This document shows positions 60,039-64,000 of a DNA stretch of 64,000 nt, in pieces. Position 1 is the stretch's first letter; each line of letters opens with the position of its first letter. The DNA comes from an uncultured cyanobacterium (GTDB taxonomy: Bacteria; Cyanobacteriota; Cyanobacteriia; Phormidesmidales; Phormidesmidaceae). The notes beneath the pieces were generated by a model. That model was not told the origin of the DNA, ran no database searches, and worked only from the letters and a program-made list of their open reading frames with translations. Where the stretch lies: positions 406,652 through 470,651 of the forward strand of contig CAWBZI010000007.1 in NCBI GenBank assembly GCA_963793265.1, in the 5' to 3' direction. Both the position numbers and the translations under genes were made by a program.

Positions 60039-60083
60039 TTGTGTTCCTTACTATTTTTCATGTTTGGGCAACTTTTTTGAAAG

Positions 60084-60995
60084 CTACAGCCATTGTCTGG
60101 CTTTAGTGTTTTGTGAAAGGAAGCCATCCAAAAAACCTTTTTCAATAACTTGGTGATAAACAAAGCTGGCAAACTTTGGATAGAGAGACGGAAAGAGTCT
60201 TTTACACATCCAAAGGAACTGCCAGTGCCACTCCACGCAAGAGAGCTTGAGCATAGATGACTGTTCAATGGTCTGAATAATATCTGAGGCGACTCGCTCA
60301 GGCTTAGCGCCATTATGAATCGTTTTACGTAATGTCTGAGCAACGGTAGATTCTGAAGAAAACATGCCATCTTGACCAAGATTCGTTTTGATAGAGCCAG
60401 GGCACACTGCCGCAACATGGATGTTGTCAGCAGCTAATTCAATCGATAACGATTCCGTTAAGCTTAAGATGGCAGACTTAGAAGCGTTATATATTGCCAT
60501 TTCAGGCGCGCCAATCAAGCCTGCAATAGAGGCAATGTTGATAATGTGGCTGCTGTTTTCTCGATTTCTCATCTGGGGAAGAAATGCTTTGATGCTATGA
60601 ATAACGCCCCACAGGTTCACATCAAGTACCTGATGCAGTTCTGTATTCGCGGTTGTGGCGATTTTGCCTTGATGTAAGATCCCTGCGCAGTTGATCAAGA
60701 TGTCTACTTTGCTCTGTAATGCGCTTGCAAGTTGTTCTAGCTGTTCTGGTTTTGTGACATTGACGGTATGACCGTGAAGGTTGAGAGCTTCCTTCAAAGG
60801 GGCTTCGTCAACGCAAATACTTGGCGTAGAAGATAGCTCATCGAGCACTGCTGCTATTCGCGCTTGATGACAATCGACGAGATGAACGATAGCTCCTTTT
60901 TTAACCAATGCGATCGCAACAGCTCTTCCAATTCCCGAGCCACCTCCCGTAATAACAGCAGTCTTTTCAGTCCAGTTAAATTGATGTTTTGGCAT
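60084..60995 (-). CDS. Short-chain dehydrogenase/reductase
   Basis: TGGGSGIG, NCAG, YNASK. Confidence 0.9.
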   Translation of the reverse strand: MPKHQFNWTEKTAVITGGGSGIGRAVAIALVKKGAIVHLVDCHQARIAAVLDELSSTPSICVDEAPLKEALNLHGHTVNVTKPEQLEQLASALQSKVDILINCAGILHQGKIATTANTELHQVLDVNLWGVIHSIKAFLPQMRNRENSSHIINIASIAGLIGAPEMAIYNASKSAILSLTESLSIELAADNIHVAAVCPGSIKTNLGQDGMFSSESTVAQTLRKTIHNGAKPERVASDIIQTIEQSSMLKLSCVEWHWQFLWMCKRLFPSLYPKFASFVYHQVIEKGFLDGFLSQNTKARQWL

Positions 60996-61045
60996 GGGAT
61001 CAATGGAGCCGTATGGCTGCTTCCGGTTAATTGCTCTACATGCTC

Positions 61046-61104
61046 AGTAAAGCGAACGAGAGGCTACGTTAAGGGCTAACTTAGGGCCAACTTAGAGCTA
61101 ATCT
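61046..61104 (-). promoter_or_regulatory. Motif C promoter of the SDR-Rieske operon
   Basis: Minus strand AAGTTGGCC..AAGTTAGCC..TAACGTA-N13-TTTACT. Confidence 0.7.
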
Positions 61105-61115
61105 GTGAGGTCTAG

Positions 61116-61769
61116 TTAAGTGTCACTATCAGAGGGTTGCCTGTCCCAAGGGACGACCGAGAAAAAGAACAGTGTTGAGGCGATGACCAAACCACTATAG
61201 AAAAACTGCCAGCTTGTGATGCTAAGGAATTCGATGACTAAGCCTTTCTGAAAAAAGATTGTCGCACCCAGATGCACTAAGCAAGCGGCAGTGAAACAAC
61301 GCGATCGCATTCCGGCTGCCATTACGCCGTAGCCTATCGCGCATAGGCCCAACCACAGCAAACATAGATTTGACAAAATCCAAACGTCACTACAAAAAAT
61401 GCCGTAGGCTGTAACAATCGCGCCTGTGCTCACAAGCCCAGCCCATAGAAAAATTACCCAGAGAAGTTGGGCACTGCTGGCGATCGCCCACGTCAATCCA
61501 GAGGTGATTGCAATCCCCGCTCCCGCAAGCGCGGCATCTAAAATGGCTTGAGTTGTCCAGTTGATTGAAGAGAACTGTGCCAGCGAAAAAATAATTAACG
61601 TTAAAACGCCCCACACTAAAAAAGCCCGATCGATCTCTGTAAAGCGGATGCACAGAGACGTACAAAATTTGAGCGCGCGAGAATGTTTAAGAAAGCTATC
61701 AGGGCGCTGCATACTAATCGCGGCGCCGACCGAAGGCGTTGGGCGATCGCTAAGCTCAAGAGAAATCAT
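61116..61769 (-). CDS. Multi-pass membrane hypothetical protein
   Basis: About six hydrophobic segments, 217 aa. Confidence 0.7.
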   Translation of the reverse strand: MISLELSDRPTPSVGAAISMQRPDSFLKHSRALKFCTSLCIRFTEIDRAFLVWGVLTLIIFSLAQFSSINWTTQAILDAALAGAGIAITSGLTWAIASSAQLLWVIFLWAGLVSTGAIVTAYGIFCSDVWILSNLCLLWLGLCAIGYGVMAAGMRSRCFTAACLVHLGATIFFQKGLVIEFLSITSWQFFYSGLVIASTLFFFSVVPWDRQPSDSDT

Positions 61770-61859
61770 GACGCTTGCCTATATCGTAGAATTGCCGAAG
61801 TGATCGTGCAAAATTATTGTCTGAAATTATTGTTATCTGAAGCTGTTGTCTGAGGCTAT

Positions 61860-63173
61860 CTACAACAGTTCCTTTTTGATCAAGAACTGGCGCAGCAGGA
61901 GTCCAATCGCGATCACCCATCCCAAAGCCAACGCCTGCAGAAAGCCGACAATGCCGCTAACCACCCAAATCAACTGAACAATACAGTAGTCCACAGGAAG
62001 CATCTTTTTACGCGCGCGCCATACCCACTCATACAAACAAGAGAGTCCTAAATAAAGCAACAATCCGCCCAGAATAGAGGTGGGAAAATAAGTGAGCCAG
62101 GGAGAAAATAGCAGCGGCAAGAGGATAAAAGTAAGTGCGCCAGTGACGGTCACCCAACGGCTGCGGCCACCCAGACGATGCATCAGCATAGATCCACCCA
62201 TTGAGTGAAAAGCGAGAATGCCGCCGCCCATGCCCAGCAAAACGTTGGCGCTACCTGCCACTTTAAGTTCGTGGTTGATATCAATATCTTTCGCTATAGC
62301 GACCTCCATTCCTTTTACATTCATCATCAAAAGGATCGCTGTCAGAACGCTGACTGTCCCCGCACACATCCACTGAGAGCCGATGGCACGCCAATTGATT
62401 TTTAATAGATCAGACCAGTGCAGCAGTTGCCAAGTTGTCTGCAAGGAGGGAATACCTAGCGTAAGTCCTTGCATATTGGCCTGTGCTGGCGAGATGCCCG
62501 AGAACGATAGAACGCCGTAGAAAAGTGCGATCGCCCCGGCAAGACTACTGGTAATCACCCAAGAATAACGATGGTGATGAGTGACAACTAGCAAATACAG
62601 GGCGAGCAATAGTCCCGGTAGCCAGTGCATGAACGCTGCAGACTGATCAAGACTATGAAATGAACCGGCATCTAGCGGCTGCTTCATCAAAATTTCGGCT
62701 GCCCCTTTCACCAGCAGTAATCCGCTACTGGCTACAAAGCCGCCCACTACTGAATTAGGCAGTAAGCGAACAACATTGCCTAATCTCATTTTTCCTAGCG
62801 TCCAAAGAAAGAGTCCTGTAAGGAGAGAGGTCAGGGCAATCGAGGCGATCGCAGTTACCAGCAGTTCTTCTGATGAGGCAGTCGGTGGCAGCTCTCGAAC
62901 AACCATGCCTGTGCTCCAAGAGACAATAGCAGTTGGAATCGCTGCTAGATCTGATACCGTACCCGGAAATGAACTCATGAAGGCTACTATAATTCGGGCT
63001 GCGGCTGCACTGAAAAGAACAAGGCCAATGCCTGCTGAGAGATAATCTGACAGGCTATTGGAAAAAATCAGAGCAGCAAAAGAGACATCAAATAGAACGC
63101 CTAATATGCCTGTGGTAATGCCAACGGAGAGCGTAGGCACCCCACTTTTATAGAAAAGAGAATGCGTATTCAT
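61860..63173 (-). CDS. SulP-family permease without STAS, paralogue of 1571-2914
   Basis: Shares long blocks with the first copy (QGLTLGIPSLQTTWQLL.WSDLL.INW.AIGSQWMC, MNVKGMEVAIA); start uncertain. Confidence 0.8.
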   Translation of the reverse strand: MNTHSLFYKSGVPTLSVGITTGILGVLFDVSFAALIFSNSLSDYLSAGIGLVLFSAAAARIIVAFMSSFPGTVSDLAAIPTAIVSWSTGMVVRELPPTASSEELLVTAIASIALTSLLTGLFLWTLGKMRLGNVVRLLPNSVVGGFVASSGLLLVKGAAEILMKQPLDAGSFHSLDQSAAFMHWLPGLLLALYLLVVTHHHRYSWVITSSLAGAIALFYGVLSFSGISPAQANMQGLTLGIPSLQTTWQLLHWSDLLKINWRAIGSQWMCAGTVSVLTAILLMMNVKGMEVAIAKDIDINHELKVAGSANVLLGMGGGILAFHSMGGSMLMHRLGGRSRWVTVTGALTFILLPLLFSPWLTYFPTSILGGLLLYLGLSCLYEWVWRARKKMLPVDYCIVQLIWVVSGIVGFLQALALGWVIAIGLLLRQFLIKKELL

Positions 63174-63303
63174 AGTCTTCTGCGCTTCAGTGCGGGTGAT
63201 TAGGAGTAGGGAAGCAGCGGCTGCAAAAGGCATAACGCATCCGCCTAGCTTCCCAGAAGTAGTTCAAAACAGATGGAACAGCGATCCTTTTAACTGCGAC
63301 AGT

Positions 63304-63567
63304 CTAATGAGCGCTGACGTTGCTCTTTGAATTTTCCTCAGATTTATTACGAGCGTCCAGCTCGCTCAAACGCAATGACTGAAGTTTGAAAACAGATGGG
63401 TCGTCGTTAGCTTTGTTGCGAGCGTCCATTTCATCCAAACGCAATGACTGAAGTTTGAAGTCAGAATCGACTTTAGGAAGCGCATGAGCGGAAGGTGCGA
63501 TCGCACTCGCTAAAAGCAACAGTGAAAAGGCAGAAACAGAAAGAACAGAAGCAGTGAAGCATTTCAT
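63304..63567 (-). CDS. Small secreted protein with a duplicated 16-aa motif
   Basis: Signal peptide ending SAHA; FKLQSLRL(D/S)E(M/L)DARNK twice at 69-bp spacing. Confidence 0.8.
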   Translation of the reverse strand: MKCFTASVLSVSAFSLLLLASAIAPSAHALPKVDSDFKLQSLRLDEMDARNKANDDPSVFKLQSLRLSELDARNKSEENSKSNVSAH

Positions 63568-63640
63568 AGTGATACCTAAAATTGTGTGTACGAGCGGTAG
63601 AACCTTAGCTAGTAGCTTTGGCTCGCTGCTCTGTATCTCT

Positions 63641-63705
63641 ATTAAAAACGTCGGAAAGCTACGTTAGGGGCTGAGAAAGGTTGACTTATGGCTGACTTGT
63701 GGCTG
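63641..63705 (-). promoter_or_regulatory. Motif C promoter of the secreted peptide gene
   Basis: Minus strand AAGTCAGCC-AT-AAGTCAACC...TAACGTA-N13-TTTAAT. Confidence 0.7.
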
Positions 63706-64000
63706 CTTGTTTTGATGGCTGTTCTGCCAAGTATGACTAGGCATTTATTGTTTAAACGCTTTAAGAATAAAGAGAAATAGGCAGAAAAGGCGTCATAATC
63801 GGAGTAGGCTGGTTCAATAAAGGTAAATAACGGCGATAGTAGTGAGATATGACGGTTTGAGAGTTACAACTATCTCTGGTGTATCAAGTGTCAACTACGT
63901 GTGGCTTATCCAAGCTTTTGGTGAAGCGTCATATAGCTATAGCTGGCGCGCGGTGCTCTGATTGCGCCCTTCTCACTATCGTTTAATACTGTTCACTTAT

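Larger units (their letters stand above)
1..64000. repeat. Dispersed HIP1 octamer GCGATCGC
   Basis: Dozens of occurrences in coding and non-coding DNA, a hallmark of many cyanobacterial genomes. Confidence 0.9.

Noticed and set aside
56058..63705. CRISPR array from the motif-C or RTX repeats
   Set aside because: The repeats are dispersed one per promoter or are in-frame coding repeats; there is no repeat-spacer structure and no cas genes
1..64000. Numerous 60-140 aa ORFs overlapping larger genes in other frames or strands
   Set aside because: Shadow ORFs without motifs or independent start signals

Overview
Cyanobacterial chromosomal DNA: it carries psbA, CP12, pentapeptide and DevBCA genes and dense HIP1 GCGATCGC octamers. 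No rRNA, tRNA, CRISPR array or intact transposase was recognised. Main blocks: (1) puuE, SulP, MBL hydrolase, ppa, desaturase and psbA; (2) gdh divergent from SSADH and a 2-oxoglutarate-decarboxylase-like gene, with an NtcA box between them; (3) a 14-31 kb signalling and carbon-storage island (Usp, GAF protein, CBS-PAS kinase, lone receiver, RcaC/RfpB-like REC-wHTH-Hpt regulator, glgX, ppsA remnant, CBS-CP12) containing two inverted copies of a ~163-bp MITE-like palindrome; (4) a polyol (mannitol/sorbitol) ABC uptake and catabolism cluster; (5) two NarL-type two-component systems with Spy, peptidase, DevBCA and serine-hydrolase neighbours; (6) RTX protein, SDR-Rieske-GXWXG genes, a second SulP and a repeat-containing secreted peptide. 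The most notable signals are three distinct non-coding motifs with fixed spacing, each confined to one sub-region and read by eye: C(C/T)TCA-N6-C(C/T)TCA-N11-(-10 box) at 8 promoters in 14-31 kb, GTCAT-N8-ATGAC-N4-GTCAT at 6-7 sites in 31.9-54.6 kb, and AAGT(T/C)AGCC repeats plus TAACGTA-N13-TNTA(A/C)T at 4 promoters in 56-64 kb. These define three putative regulons. Many gene remnants are also present. Product calls come from recognising motifs; no database search was run.
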